The notes: generated from the sequence alone by a model not told the origin. A DNA stretch of 64,000 nt from Candidatus Dojkabacteria bacterium (GCA_016182915.1 JACPFP010000003.1:315685-379684), one strand, 5' to 3'; numbered from the stretch's first letter, positions 8,800-18,859 are shown. Numbers and translations: made by a program.

Positions 8800-10092
8800 T
8801 CATCTAAGTATAAAATCTTCCTTAATTATATTCCACGGAGCAATCCCCCCTTTTACAAAGGCTGGAGTCATCTCATCCATCATTGGCGTTGGTCCACATA
8901 TAAATACTTTAGTCTTCTTTAGGTCATACTCCTTAACGGCTTTATGTGAAAGAATTCCTTCAACATTTAGGCGCCCCTGTTTTGCCGAGAAGTTCGTAAC
9001 GATGGTTATATTCTCTCTGCTTCTAATCATGTGTTCTATCTCCTTAATATAATCCCCGTTATTTGCATCTTTTAGGGTATAGAAGAGCGTAACATTTCTC
9101 CTTCCCGTTTTTATCTCGTGCTCTAACATAGTTATAAATGGGGCTATACCAATTCCTCCTGCTACCCATATTAAATCCTTCCTGTCTTCTAACAGGTTTT
9201 CACCGAATTTCCCATGTGGTCCAATTAGTACCGCCATATCCCCTACTTCTAAATTTCCGACTGTATCAGTGAAGTCTCCAGACTTTTTTATAGACAACCT
9301 AATAATTCCCTCTTTTGATATTCCTGATATAGAGAAGGCGTGTTCCTCAGATGTAACATTTTTTCCTTTGAAAATAACGAATACAAATTGGCCTGGGAAT
9401 GGAAGTATCTTTTTTCTTTTAGGTTTTAGATATACTTCTACAATATCCCCTACAATCTTCGTTCGTAAAACCGAGTAGGTCCTTTTTGGAGCAAGGTATT
9501 TATACAGGAATCGTCTGTACAAGTATGAAAGCATTGCAAGAATGAGAAGGGATAGTATCCAGATTTTTAATGGAAGGAATCTAGCAATATCATTACTCAT
9601 CAAAATTACGTGAAGGAAGATGACAAAGAGAGGGATTCCCATATATCTATGTGTCATTATCCATATGTGATATGGGAGTTTTGAGTAGTATGTGAGAAGG
9701 AGAAGGCCAATATAGAGATACAAACCTAATACCCCAGTAGTATAAGGTAGAAACTCAGAAGGTAATGTGTAGAGTTTGAAGAGTTCCAAACTAGGGAATG
9801 ATTGAATAATCAGAAGCATAGGATGAGTCAGCATAAACAGAAAGGCAAGGCCTCCTATATTATGATGGGCCTGGTATGCAACATCCAATCCGTCAAAAAC
9901 CTTTTCAACTATTCGCGATCTAGTTGCAATAATGTAGTTAAGTGAAAGAAAGGTAGCAGCAAGAAGGGCAGAAAGTTGTGAAGCCGCAAGTAGCGCAGTC
10001 TGAAATCCTAGTTCCAGTCTAGCTAGTAGCCAAAGGGCTACTGTAATCATTACTATTATTCCAACTGGTATAGTACTTCTATATTTACGCAC
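8800..10092 (-). CDS. Ferric-reductase/NADPH-oxidase (NOX)-like flavocytochrome: ferric reductase TM domain + FAD/NAD(P)-binding domain
   Basis: Two His pairs spaced 13-14 residues in TM helices (AHHNIGG...MLTHP; HRYMGIP...FLHVIL) = bis-heme motif; HAFSIS (HPFT-like FAD motif), GGIGIAPF (NAD-binding GxGxxP), C-terminal CGP. Confidence 0.65.
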   Translation of the reverse strand: MRKYRSTIPVGIIVMITVALWLLARLELGFQTALLAASQLSALLAATFLSLNYIIATRSRIVEKVFDGLDVAYQAHHNIGGLAFLFMLTHPMLLIIQSFPSLELFKLYTLPSEFLPYTTGVLGLYLYIGLLLLTYYSKLPYHIWIMTHRYMGIPLFVIFLHVILMSNDIARFLPLKIWILSLLILAMLSYLYRRFLYKYLAPKRTYSVLRTKIVGDIVEVYLKPKRKKILPFPGQFVFVIFKGKNVTSEEHAFSISGISKEGIIRLSIKKSGDFTDTVGNLEVGDMAVLIGPHGKFGENLLEDRKDLIWVAGGIGIAPFITMLEHEIKTGRRNVTLFYTLKDANNGDYIKEIEHMIRSRENITIVTNFSAKQGRLNVEGILSHKAVKEYDLKKTKVFICGPTPMMDEMTPAFVKGGIAPWNIIKEDFILR

Positions 10093-10152
10093 AGGTGTCT
10101 GATTTAATTTGTTTGATTCTAAATACTACCACAAAAAAGGGAATATGAATGT

Positions 10153-11046
10153 TTAGTCTAAAAGTTGGATTCTACTCGAAACCGCTTGTGCTTTTGATTC
10201 TAGTCCAAGTGATTTGTATATATTTCGGGCCTCAATTAACATTTCCTTTGCTCTACCATTAATCTTTTTCTTCGTAAGTTGTTCACTCAGCGGTAACAAA
10301 ACTTCCGCAATGTCTCTTTTCCAGTTTTCATTTCTGGAAACACGAAGAGCCTGTTCTAATACGTCAATTGCGGCATCGTTTTTTCCTTGTAGTTTTAGTA
10401 GGTTTGCCTGACGTAGAAGAATCTGAGGAACTGCAATTTTGTATCTAATTTTTGCTTCTTTCTCTATCTTCCTTAAATACAATTCCGCCTTTCCATACGA
10501 ACCTCTCGCAATATGAACATTTGCAATATCTGAAGAGATTGTAATTATTCTATTAATAAATTTTGATTTTTTGGCAAACCTAATTCCTAATTTGTATGCC
10601 ACCAAAGCTTCTTCATATAGTACCATTGTAAAATATATATTTCCTAAAACTGCATATATATTGGCTTTGACCTCATCGACATTATCTTTTCTTTTATAAC
10701 GAATTAATTCTTTTGCAAGCAAGGCCTGCTTAAGTGATTCACTCAATCTATTTTGTTGAAGCAAAATAAAGGCTTTAGATCGAAGGATATCTGCATAAGA
10801 GATTGCTTTAGATTTATTTCGTGCCGTTATTAAAAGTTGTTCGAGTAAACCAAAAGCTTTTTCATAACTTATGCTATCTCTATATAAAGCCGAAAGTTTA
10901 ATTCCTACAAGATAGTAATCGTCTGAGTCCGCATTTAGCTTACCAAGAGTATTTTCTAGAACCTTAATTGCTTGAATCTGATCTCCTTTTCGATCGCGGA
11001 GGTCATCAGCATAACTTATGGCTTTTTGTATTTCAGATTTATTCAT
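10153..11046 (-). CDS. TPR-repeat protein
   Basis: Repeated 34-residue A/L/Y-rich helical repeats (e.g. ALYRDSISYEKAFGLLEQLL, ALVAYKLGIRFAKK). Confidence 0.6.
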   Translation of the reverse strand: MNKSEIQKAISYADDLRDRKGDQIQAIKVLENTLGKLNADSDDYYLVGIKLSALYRDSISYEKAFGLLEQLLITARNKSKAISYADILRSKAFILLQQNRLSESLKQALLAKELIRYKRKDNVDEVKANIYAVLGNIYFTMVLYEEALVAYKLGIRFAKKSKFINRIITISSDIANVHIARGSYGKAELYLRKIEKEAKIRYKIAVPQILLRQANLLKLQGKNDAAIDVLEQALRVSRNENWKRDIAEVLLPLSEQLTKKKINGRAKEMLIEARNIYKSLGLESKAQAVSSRIQLLD

Positions 11047-11064
11047 TCATTACCATTACTAAAA

Positions 11065-11138
11065 TCGGGGTGACTCGACTTGAACGAGCGGCCTCTTGCA
11101 CCCCATGCAAGCGTTCTAGCCATCTGAACTACACCCCG
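11065..11138 (-). tRNA. tRNA-Pro (anticodon GGG), CCA not encoded
   Basis: Minus-strand sequence CGGGGTG TA GTTC AGATGGCTA GAAC G CTTGC ATGGGGT GCAAG AGGCC GCTCG TTCAAGT CGAGT CACCCCG A folds into canonical cloverleaf (7/4/5/5 bp stems), U33, anticodon GGG, G37, C1-G72/A73 typical of bacterial tRNA-Pro. Confidence 0.8.
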
Positions 11139-11277
11139 TGCTTGTAATTCTAAAATAGTTAGAAAAGAATATCAAACAAAAATATACACACCCTATTATA
11201 TGGGGAGTCCGAAAACCAAAGTAGTTTGTTGTCCTACTTTCTCTTACTTATCTCCTAAAGCAATCATTAGGCGGTCT

Positions 11278-12363
11278 CTAAAGTTTAATTTCAATTATTA
11301 TTTGGTTGGGGTTAGTACTACCGTATAGTTTGAAGTCTTTGGTTGCCCCATCGAAGGTGTACTTGCTCGCATTGGTACCATCCATTTCCCATATCATAGT
11401 TACTCCTCCAGACATTGTCAACGCTGCCGGCATCTTTGCAATTGCGTCAGATACAATATCCGTAAATCGCAATACTAGATTGTTGTCACCATCATATCCT
11501 GCCGTAGCCGAAGGGATTGGTTTCTCCGTACTACCTTTAACCTCAAATACAACTCTTAATACTCCACCAGATGAACTGTATGAATATGAAGACACCTTAG
11601 CTCCATCTGTTCTTGTCGCTCCGACTATACTTTGAACCGTCTTGGAGAACTCATCACTCCCTAAATCTACTGTAGTATCTGAATCTGAGGCTCCTGGATA
11701 TTTAACATCAAGCTTAATTGACCATGTTCCAGTCGTAGTGGATGTAGAAGTAAGAAGAAATGGGGTCTCTTTTGTAACTCCTACATCGTATAACTCCTCT
11801 GTCTGATCTGCACTTACATTGTGATATACCTTAACTACCCCTTCCTTGTTTATCATCAAACTTTTCTGATACCCGATACCACTGTTGTCGGTCGTAACTC
11901 CCTTGAAATCGACTCTGATTGCTCCCAATGAGGAAACATATGTAGAGGTAACATAGGGATTAGGACTACCAGAGGATTTTTCAACAAGGGTAAAAACAAA
12001 GCTATGGTAACCAACATTAGCGGTATTAGTTAAACTTGAAAGTGTATACTGGGATGTATCGGTACTGTCGCTAACTCCAACATTCTGAGCTGTGGTTTTG
12101 AAGTTTGAGAGATCTGTAACAACAGGAGTGTCTGTGTCCGTATCGGTATTATCTTCTGTCTCTTCCTCCTCAACGGGTAGTTCCTCTTCATCGTTTGAAG
12201 TATCGGTATCTGTACCCTGCTCTGTATCATTCTCTTTCTTCCCAGCGTCATCCTGTTTACTTACATATGAGTATGCAAGATACCCAATCAAAGCTAAAAG
12301 TATGAAAAGAAAGACATAAAGAAGTGATGAAGACTTCTTTGGTTCTCTAATGCGTGGTTCCAT
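11278..12363 (-). CDS. Membrane-anchored surface protein with acidic D/E/T-rich linker and S/T-rich beta-rich ectodomain (hypothetical)
   Basis: N-terminal TM SSLLYVFLFILLALIGYLAY, low-complexity DTDTSNDEEELPVEEEETEDNTDTDTDT, then S/T/G-rich domain. Confidence 0.5.
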   Translation of the reverse strand: MEPRIREPKKSSSLLYVFLFILLALIGYLAYSYVSKQDDAGKKENDTEQGTDTDTSNDEEELPVEEEETEDNTDTDTDTPVVTDLSNFKTTAQNVGVSDSTDTSQYTLSSLTNTANVGYHSFVFTLVEKSSGSPNPYVTSTYVSSLGAIRVDFKGVTTDNSGIGYQKSLMINKEGVVKVYHNVSADQTEELYDVGVTKETPFLLTSTSTTTGTWSIKLDVKYPGASDSDTTVDLGSDEFSKTVQSIVGATRTDGAKVSSYSYSSSGGVLRVVFEVKGSTEKPIPSATAGYDGDNNLVLRFTDIVSDAIAKMPAALTMSGGVTMIWEMDGTNASKYTFDGATKDFKLYGSTNPNQIIIEIKL

Positions 12364-12421
12364 TAGATAAATATACCAACTTATTATTTCAGTCTACCAT
12401 ATATATTGACTCTGTGATAGT

Positions 12422-13804
12422 ATGAAATATATGAGTACAGGAAAGACAAAAGTAATCACCATGCAAGAAGGAAAAACGGAGATCAAGGATAGGAATATTG
12501 ATCCGGTTATTGTACCTAGAAAAGAGTCCGTAACATCTAAGGGAATTCAATTTTCAAATCAAGTGAAGTCGGATCCTACCTCGGTTACCCCAACAGTAAC
12601 AAACACACCTACTGATACAGCTAAAAGTACAAAACCCAAAGTCGAGTTAAAACCCTGGCAGAAGATAAGCCTCTCAATACTAATCTCTGCAATCCTATTA
12701 GGAGCAGTCTCTGTCTCAATGTACTTCTATATATTTACAAAACCAATCTCCCCTTTCCAAATTGTAAACATTAAGGAGAGCTACCTTGAGATTGATAATC
12801 AGATATATGGGTGGAATGAGAAGGTAAAGGATATTACCAACACCCTTGCAATACCAAACCTCCCAAGAACCGAGGTAAACCCACTTAATGGAGTCCTCTA
12901 CACAAAAACAGAGATGGATGCATTGAAAAAGAATCGACCTGTAGCGGTAATGATAAACAACCATGTACAAGCAAGACCACAATCTGGATTAAATAAGGCA
13001 GATATTGTATATGAGGCAGTTGCAGAATCTGGAATTTCAAGGTATATGGCAATATTCTGGAGTATTGGTCCAAGTAAGATTGGACCTGTAAGAAGTGCCC
13101 GACAGTACTACTTAGAGTGGCTGAGCCCATATGACCCCCTATATATTCACGATGGTTGTGCCTCTACAGACGATCCACGAACAAACGCTTGCGGGAATAT
13201 ATACTCATACGGTATTAAAGACCTACGAACATATGGATACTGGAGAAGTAGCGATCGCTTTGCCCCACATAATGAGTATAACTCTATAGTAACGGCTTGG
13301 GATTACGCAATTAAAAATGGTTGGGGTGGATTTCCAAATATAGATTCTCTGATGTTCAAGCGAGATGCCGAGCCACAAGACAGAGGGGTAAGAACCAAGG
13401 TTAACATTAAACATAGACAGGATATTCCTAATGCAGGACTGTATGACAGCGAGTGGACCTACGATACGAAAACCAACCAATATCTTCATAAAATTGGAGG
13501 GCAGGCCGACCTTGATTTAGAAACAGGAACCCAGGTAAATGCCAAAGTAGTAGTCATCATGGAGGTAGATCTACAAAATGCAAACGACGGACATGCAAGA
13601 GTAATAATCACAACTATTGGAGAAGGTAAGGCAGTAATACTTCAGGATGGAAAGATTGTAACAGGGAAATGGAAGAAGACATCACGAACTGAAAGGGAAA
13701 GATTCTACGACAGTAGCGGAAAAGAGCTTTCTCTTAATAGAGGAAGGTTATGGATTACGGCAGTTCCAAAAAGTCAGGGAAAATTTGATATAATAGAACA
13801 ATAA
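12422..13804 (+). CDS. DUF3048 (YerB-like) family membrane-anchored protein
   Basis: N-terminal TM, T/P-rich linker, then RPVAVMINNHVQARPQSGLNKADIVYEAVAESGISRYMAIF resembling the conserved DUF3048 core; translation may actually start at the second ATG (12431) if the -10 element at 12418-12423 is functional. Confidence 0.5.
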   Translation: MKYMSTGKTKVITMQEGKTEIKDRNIDPVIVPRKESVTSKGIQFSNQVKSDPTSVTPTVTNTPTDTAKSTKPKVELKPWQKISLSILISAILLGAVSVSMYFYIFTKPISPFQIVNIKESYLEIDNQIYGWNEKVKDITNTLAIPNLPRTEVNPLNGVLYTKTEMDALKKNRPVAVMINNHVQARPQSGLNKADIVYEAVAESGISRYMAIFWSIGPSKIGPVRSARQYYLEWLSPYDPLYIHDGCASTDDPRTNACGNIYSYGIKDLRTYGYWRSSDRFAPHNEYNSIVTAWDYAIKNGWGGFPNIDSLMFKRDAEPQDRGVRTKVNIKHRQDIPNAGLYDSEWTYDTKTNQYLHKIGGQADLDLETGTQVNAKVVVIMEVDLQNANDGHARVIITTIGEGKAVILQDGKIVTGKWKKTSRTERERFYDSSGKELSLNRGRLWITAVPKSQGKFDIIEQ

Positions 13805-13821
13805 GTTAAGCTATAGGCAAT

Positions 13822-14397
13822 GTGCTTAAAAATCTCTTTATATCTAAAGTCAGAATAAAAGTCCTTGAACAATTTCTATTCAACCCGCACGAGGAGTATC
13901 ACGTAAGAGGCCTTGTCCGAATTATGGATGAGGAGATTAATGCAATTAGAAGAGAACTTCTTAATCTTAAGGAGGCAGGAATCCTAAAATCAGAAAACAA
14001 AGGAAACAAAGTTGTCTATACAGTCAATCCAAAGTGCCCTATTCTTCCAGAGTTAGTATCAATGCTATATAAAGACTCTGAGTTCGGACAGAATCTCTAT
14101 AGAATTGGTACGAAGGTATTTAATGCGGAAATGATAATTGTTTCGAAACCATTCCTAGAGGGAAAGTATGAAAACAATCTTGATGTTGATGTCCTCTTTA
14201 TAGGTGATATTGATGTCAGGAAACTCACACAGGAGATGAAGGATCTTGAAAAAATCGTGAATCGGGAGATAAGGTACAGTGTAATAACTCTTAAAGATTT
14301 TGAATTCGCCAAAAAGAAAAGGGAACCATTCTTAATGAACATACTAGAAAGGGAAAAAATATTGATGCTTGGCAGTGAGAAGGCCTTAGCTGTATAA
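13822..14397 (+). CDS. Hypothetical protein with putative N-terminal winged-helix domain
   Basis: N-terminal region resembles wHTH regulators (VRGLVRIMDEEINAIRRELLNLKEAGIL); C-terminal domain unknown. Confidence 0.4.
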   Translation: MLKNLFISKVRIKVLEQFLFNPHEEYHVRGLVRIMDEEINAIRRELLNLKEAGILKSENKGNKVVYTVNPKCPILPELVSMLYKDSEFGQNLYRIGTKVFNAEMIIVSKPFLEGKYENNLDVDVLFIGDIDVRKLTQEMKDLEKIVNREIRYSVITLKDFEFAKKKREPFLMNILEREKILMLGSEKALAV

Positions 14398-15653
14398 TGA
14401 ACCTCATGAAAATCAAACTACCAAAATTCAAACTATTCCTTAGAATCATCCTTGCCGCATTTATAACCTCACTATTAATATCAACAATATTGATTGCACT
14501 TCCCCAGACAGAAAAGATCTACAGTAAGATCAGATACGATATTACAATTGCTCCAAAGATATGGAAAAAAGAGTATAGACTTGAGATGAGTATAAAACCG
14601 AAAGATAGAAATAAGCGCGAGAAGAAAGTTGCAGAAACAAAAGCAATACTTGAAAAGAGGTTAAGAAAGTACGGAGTTCAAGAGATTCACTTTAAAGATA
14701 TTAAGTCGGAAGAGAGAGATACTGCAGTAGTTCTTGTAACTATTGAATCTGATAAAGATCAAACCTCAGTTGAGAATATATTAACTCAGAGATACTACCT
14801 TAGATTTGTCCTCAGAAAAGAGGGTGTGAACTTTGAAGATGAGAAAAACCAATTCGCACTTTATGATATAAATAACTATACCTTCACCCCATATACCCTA
14901 CACGATTTCCGAAGTGTATACATTACGAAACTAAAGTCTACCTCAGGGGAAAAATCATACTTCTCTATATATAAGCCATGGGAGTATAAAGCACCCGAAT
15001 TTTATAAATACTTCGACAAATATGCAGGACAGTATGCAGGACTTGCTATTGATGGATTTGTATCCCCTATTATTGTTCCTGTAACGGCAGCAAATTCATC
15101 GAGAGGGGTGACATCAAGAAATCCTTTTGCGCTAGGGGTAAATGGAGATGGGAACGATATCAAGCTACTGAATATACTAAACAATACAGGGGTAATTCCT
15201 CTTAGCTATGCGCAAACGAGTAGCAAAGACCTTAAAACCTCCACATTTACGGTTGATTATATTAAAGCCGCTATTCTGCTCTCAGTCTTAACATTAACAG
15301 TTCTTATTCTAAACAATGTACTCACAAAGAGAGGTACCTTTATAGATGGGCTTTCATATTTCATAACGGCCACAACAGTTGTTGCTGGATTAAAATTATT
15401 TGCCATACCTGTACAACCAATTATAATTATCTATGTAGGGATACTCCTCACCTTCTTGGTTCCCCTATTCCTGAATTCTCGTGCGATCACCATTGCCATG
15501 GCTACAATAGGACTTCTCCTTAGTTACATTGGAATGGGATATATTAGAGATGCTGGGATACTACTTTTCGTTGTACTTACTGTTTACCTTGGAATTAAAG
15601 AGACTGTTACCTACCTATTTAGATTATTTAACCAGATTGCCTCAAATGACTAA
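14397..15653 (+). CDS. Integral membrane protein, 1 TM + large extracytoplasmic loop + 5 C-terminal TMs (SecD/SecF-like topology, family unassigned)
   Basis: Hydrophobic segment at aa 15-35, charged about 250 aa region, then five hydrophobic helices; start overlaps upstream stop (ATGA). Confidence 0.5.
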   Translation: MNLMKIKLPKFKLFLRIILAAFITSLLISTILIALPQTEKIYSKIRYDITIAPKIWKKEYRLEMSIKPKDRNKREKKVAETKAILEKRLRKYGVQEIHFKDIKSEERDTAVVLVTIESDKDQTSVENILTQRYYLRFVLRKEGVNFEDEKNQFALYDINNYTFTPYTLHDFRSVYITKLKSTSGEKSYFSIYKPWEYKAPEFYKYFDKYAGQYAGLAIDGFVSPIIVPVTAANSSRGVTSRNPFALGVNGDGNDIKLLNILNNTGVIPLSYAQTSSKDLKTSTFTVDYIKAAILLSVLTLTVLILNNVLTKRGTFIDGLSYFITATTVVAGLKLFAIPVQPIIIIYVGILLTFLVPLFLNSRAITIAMATIGLLLSYIGMGYIRDAGILLFVVLTVYLGIKETVTYLFRLFNQIASND

Positions 15654-16143
15654 CCTTTTTATATACTACTCAATTTACGAATTCATAATGATTACATTGC
15701 TTACACTAGGTATCATTGCGGTATTAGTCATTTATAACTCATACTATCTTAAGAGGAGAACTGGAATATACCTCCTTCTAACTCTCCTTCCCCCTGTTAT
15801 ATTTAGCTCCATATTCTATATCTTTGGCAAGACCCTCAAGGTAGATCCCTCAGGTTTAAACACCATTTCAATAACATGGATACCGATATTATTTGTCGCA
15901 ACACAGAATCTATACTACATAACAAAGCTTACAAGAGAGAAAAAGAATATTGAAAAATTAGAGTTCAATTTTATAGTGGAAATTAGAAGAAAAACCCTTT
16001 ATACAGTATTACTTCTCCTTTTGGTTGCAGTTTCCACTTTCGCACTGCTTCCTTTGAAGTTTTCAATACCAGTTGCAATTGGGTGGCTTAATATTGCAAT
16101 CTCTTCGATTATAAACACCACAATCATTATTAGAAAGATATAA
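15646..16143 (+). CDS. Small multi-pass membrane protein (hypothetical)
   Basis: In-frame ATG at 15646 overlapping upstream stop by 8 nt; 4-5 hydrophobic helices; ORF-track start at 15529 would overlap upstream gene by 125 nt. Confidence 0.45.
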   Translation: MTNLFIYYSIYEFIMITLLTLGIIAVLVIYNSYYLKRRTGIYLLLTLLPPVIFSSIFYIFGKTLKVDPSGLNTISITWIPILFVATQNLYYITKLTREKKNIEKLEFNFIVEIRRKTLYTVLLLLLVAVSTFALLPLKFSIPVAIGWLNIAISSIINTTIIIRKI

Positions 16144-16144
16144 G

Positions 16145-17029
16145 ATGAAGCCAATAATTGTAATCTCAGGGCCAACCGCAAGCGGGAAATCTGATATTGC
16201 AATTGATATTGCAAAAAGGATTAATGGATATATTATCAATGCGGATTCAAGACAGATTTATAAAGAGGTTCCAATATCCACTGCTCAACCACTTCCAGAG
16301 AAACGAAATAAAGACGGTGGCATATTAGTAGATGGAGTTCTTCACTATCTATACGGTTTCATAGACCTAAATAACCACTATAATATCTATAAGTATAATA
16401 AGGATGTTAAAAGAGTTATAGAGTTAAACCCCGATATGACTCCAATATTAGTTGGCGGTACAGGACTTTATATAGACAGCTATATATATAACTATCAACT
16501 TACAGAAAATCCTACCTCTTCATTCTCCCGTGAATACCTTAATTCACTTTCGATACAAGAGTTAAAAGCTATACTCGGGGATAAGCTTCAGATGCTAAAC
16601 GAGAGCGACCAAAACAACCCTGTCCGAATTATACGTAAGATTGAAAGTTCCTCGAAGGCTCCGACAAAAGGAGAGCGAAGAAATTTCGTTTACCTATATT
16701 TGGATATTGAGATTGAGGAACTTGAGAAGAGAATTAAAGAAAGGATAGAAAAGATGTTGGATAACGGACTTGAAAAGGAAGCCCAAAGTATACTTAAACA
16801 AACCTCAGATAAAGAGAATATCCTTCCAAAGATAATTGGTATTACAGAGTTCTCCCCTTATTTTAAAAACGAGAATACACTTGAAGAAGTTAAGAAGGAT
16901 ATATACACGCATACGAGACAGTATGCTAAAAGGCAGATTACATGGTTCAAAAGAAATAAAGATATAATTAGGATTAAGGGATTAAAAGATGCCTTACGAA
17001 AGGTTAAAGGTCTTAACAATCCTATTTGA
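16145..17029 (+). CDS. miaA: tRNA dimethylallyltransferase
   Basis: P-loop ISGPTASGKSDIAIDIA, DSRQIYK motif, overall MiaA architecture. Confidence 0.85.
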   Translation: MKPIIVISGPTASGKSDIAIDIAKRINGYIINADSRQIYKEVPISTAQPLPEKRNKDGGILVDGVLHYLYGFIDLNNHYNIYKYNKDVKRVIELNPDMTPILVGGTGLYIDSYIYNYQLTENPTSSFSREYLNSLSIQELKAILGDKLQMLNESDQNNPVRIIRKIESSSKAPTKGERRNFVYLYLDIEIEELEKRIKERIEKMLDNGLEKEAQSILKQTSDKENILPKIIGITEFSPYFKNENTLEEVKKDIYTHTRQYAKRQITWFKRNKDIIRIKGLKDALRKVKGLNNPI

Positions 17030-17557
17030 TCCATCATCCATAGACTCTAAAAGATGAAATTGTGTAGGATTGAACTTTATATCCTTCACATTAAGCACCT
17101 CATTCATGTTCCTCACATCAACGAGAATATTTCTGTATTCCTCACTCGATAGATCCTTGTTAATCCTTCCAAGTGTGACATGAGGTATGAATAGTGAAGA
17201 CTCTTTTGTCCTAATTATTCCCCTTAAAGAGTAGAGCATATTTCTAATTTCATCCCCCCCATCAAGTACGCTCAAGTATATAAGCTCCTTGTAGCTTCGG
17301 GAAATACCCACATTTGCCTTCTCAAAACTTACTTGAAACTTTGGAAAGCTCATCTTACTTAGTTTATATACGAGAAGGAACTGCTTGAAAAAGTTTAGTT
17401 TCTCTCCAAGGTATAGAACAGTAATATGGTAGTTCTCGGGTTTAACCCAACGCACAGATACATCCTGACCATCAAAAACTCGACCTAGCTCTCCGACGGC
17501 TTTCCTTATCTGATAGTTACTCTTCTGTTCAGGAATAAACCCGAGAAAGTATCCCAT
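16994..17557 (-). CDS. thpR: RNA 2',3'-cyclic phosphodiesterase (2H phosphoesterase, LigT/ThpR family)
   Basis: Two H-x-T-x motifs (HITVLY and HVTLGR) about 85 residues apart. Confidence 0.65.
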   Translation of the reverse strand: MGYFLGFIPEQKSNYQIRKAVGELGRVFDGQDVSVRWVKPENYHITVLYLGEKLNFFKQFLLVYKLSKMSFPKFQVSFEKANVGISRSYKELIYLSVLDGGDEIRNMLYSLRGIIRTKESSLFIPHVTLGRINKDLSSEEYRNILVDVRNMNEVLNVKDIKFNPTQFHLLESMDDGSNRIVKTFNLS

Positions 17558-17590
17558 ATATAACTAGTATTAAATTACATTCGTAATTAA

Positions 17591-18859
17591 CTACTTATTC
17601 TTTATAATTTTCCTCCCAAGAATTGGTTGAAGTACCTCAGGAATATTTAAACTTCCATCTTTGTTTTGAAATGTTTCAAGAATGGCTACCATAAGTCTAC
17701 TTGTCGCTAAACCTGATGCGTTTAACATATGTACATACTTATTCTCTCCCTCGCCAGTCTTGTACTTAATATTTCCTCTTCTTGCTTGATAATCTCTTAC
17801 ATTAGAGATGGAACTCACCTCATAGTATGTTTCAAGGAATGGCATCCAGACCTCAACATCGTATGTTTTAGCTGCTCCTGCCGCACAGTCGTCTGCAGCT
17901 AGTTGTGTAACTCTATAATGAAGACCTAGACCTTCAACAAGTCTAGTTGCTTTATTTAGCAGTTCTTCTAATGCGGCTTCTGATTGTTCAGGGGTTGTAT
18001 ATTGGAACATCTCAACCTTATTAAACTGATGCATTCTTAGAAGTCCTCTTTCATTTGTTCTATATCCACCGGCCTCTCTTCTATAACATGGAGTATACGC
18101 AAAGAGCTTTATTGGAAGTTTTTCCTCCTCTAATAGTTCATCTCTAAAAAGGTTCGCAAGAGCAGTCTCTGCTGTTGGAAGCAACATGTTTCCATCGCTA
18201 ACCCAGTATACATCCTCCTTAAACTTTGGAAGCTGTCCTGCGGTATACCCAGACTGCTCGGTTAGAAGGTGTGGAGGCATAATCATCTGATATCCATCTT
18301 TAATATGTTCTCCTATGAAGTAGTTAATAAGCGCCCATTCAAGCTGTGCTCCTATACCTCTATACATAACATTGTTTGATCCAGCAATCTTAGTTGCTCG
18401 ATCCATATCAATCATCCCTAGTCCTTCCCCAACTTCAAGGTGATCCTTAATCTTAAAATCAAAGATTGGCTTCTCACCAATCTCTCTAAGAACCCTGTTA
18501 TTTTCCTTTCCACCTCCAACAACATCATCATCGGGGATATTAGGTAATACTTCTAATTTTTCCTGTAACTCTTCATCTGCCTCCCTAACCTCTTCCTCTG
18601 CCTCCTTCACTTTACCTGAAAGGTCCTTAAGATCTTCTATAAGCTCTTTAAACTCCTTACTACCTTTTTCAACCTTTGCCATCTTCTCGTTGAACCCTTT
18701 CTGCTTTGCTCTAAGGGTTTCATACTCCTGTTGTTTCTCTTTCTTCTCTTTGTATTTTTCTATAATTTCATCTAAATCTAGATCATCTTTCTTCATTCTC
18801 TTAAGCAGAGCCTGTTCTACTTCCTTCTTATTTTCTACAATTCTTTTAATATCTAACAT
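17591..18859 (-). CDS. serS: Seryl-tRNA synthetase
   Basis: N-terminal coiled-coil arm, class II motifs (e.g. FRDELL, TPCYRREAG, GLATSRLMVAILE). Confidence 0.9.
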   Translation of the reverse strand: MLDIKRIVENKKEVEQALLKRMKKDDLDLDEIIEKYKEKKEKQQEYETLRAKQKGFNEKMAKVEKGSKEFKELIEDLKDLSGKVKEAEEEVREADEELQEKLEVLPNIPDDDVVGGGKENNRVLREIGEKPIFDFKIKDHLEVGEGLGMIDMDRATKIAGSNNVMYRGIGAQLEWALINYFIGEHIKDGYQMIMPPHLLTEQSGYTAGQLPKFKEDVYWVSDGNMLLPTAETALANLFRDELLEEEKLPIKLFAYTPCYRREAGGYRTNERGLLRMHQFNKVEMFQYTTPEQSEAALEELLNKATRLVEGLGLHYRVTQLAADDCAAGAAKTYDVEVWMPFLETYYEVSSISNVRDYQARRGNIKYKTGEGENKYVHMLNASGLATSRLMVAILETFQNKDGSLNIPEVLQPILGRKIIKNK

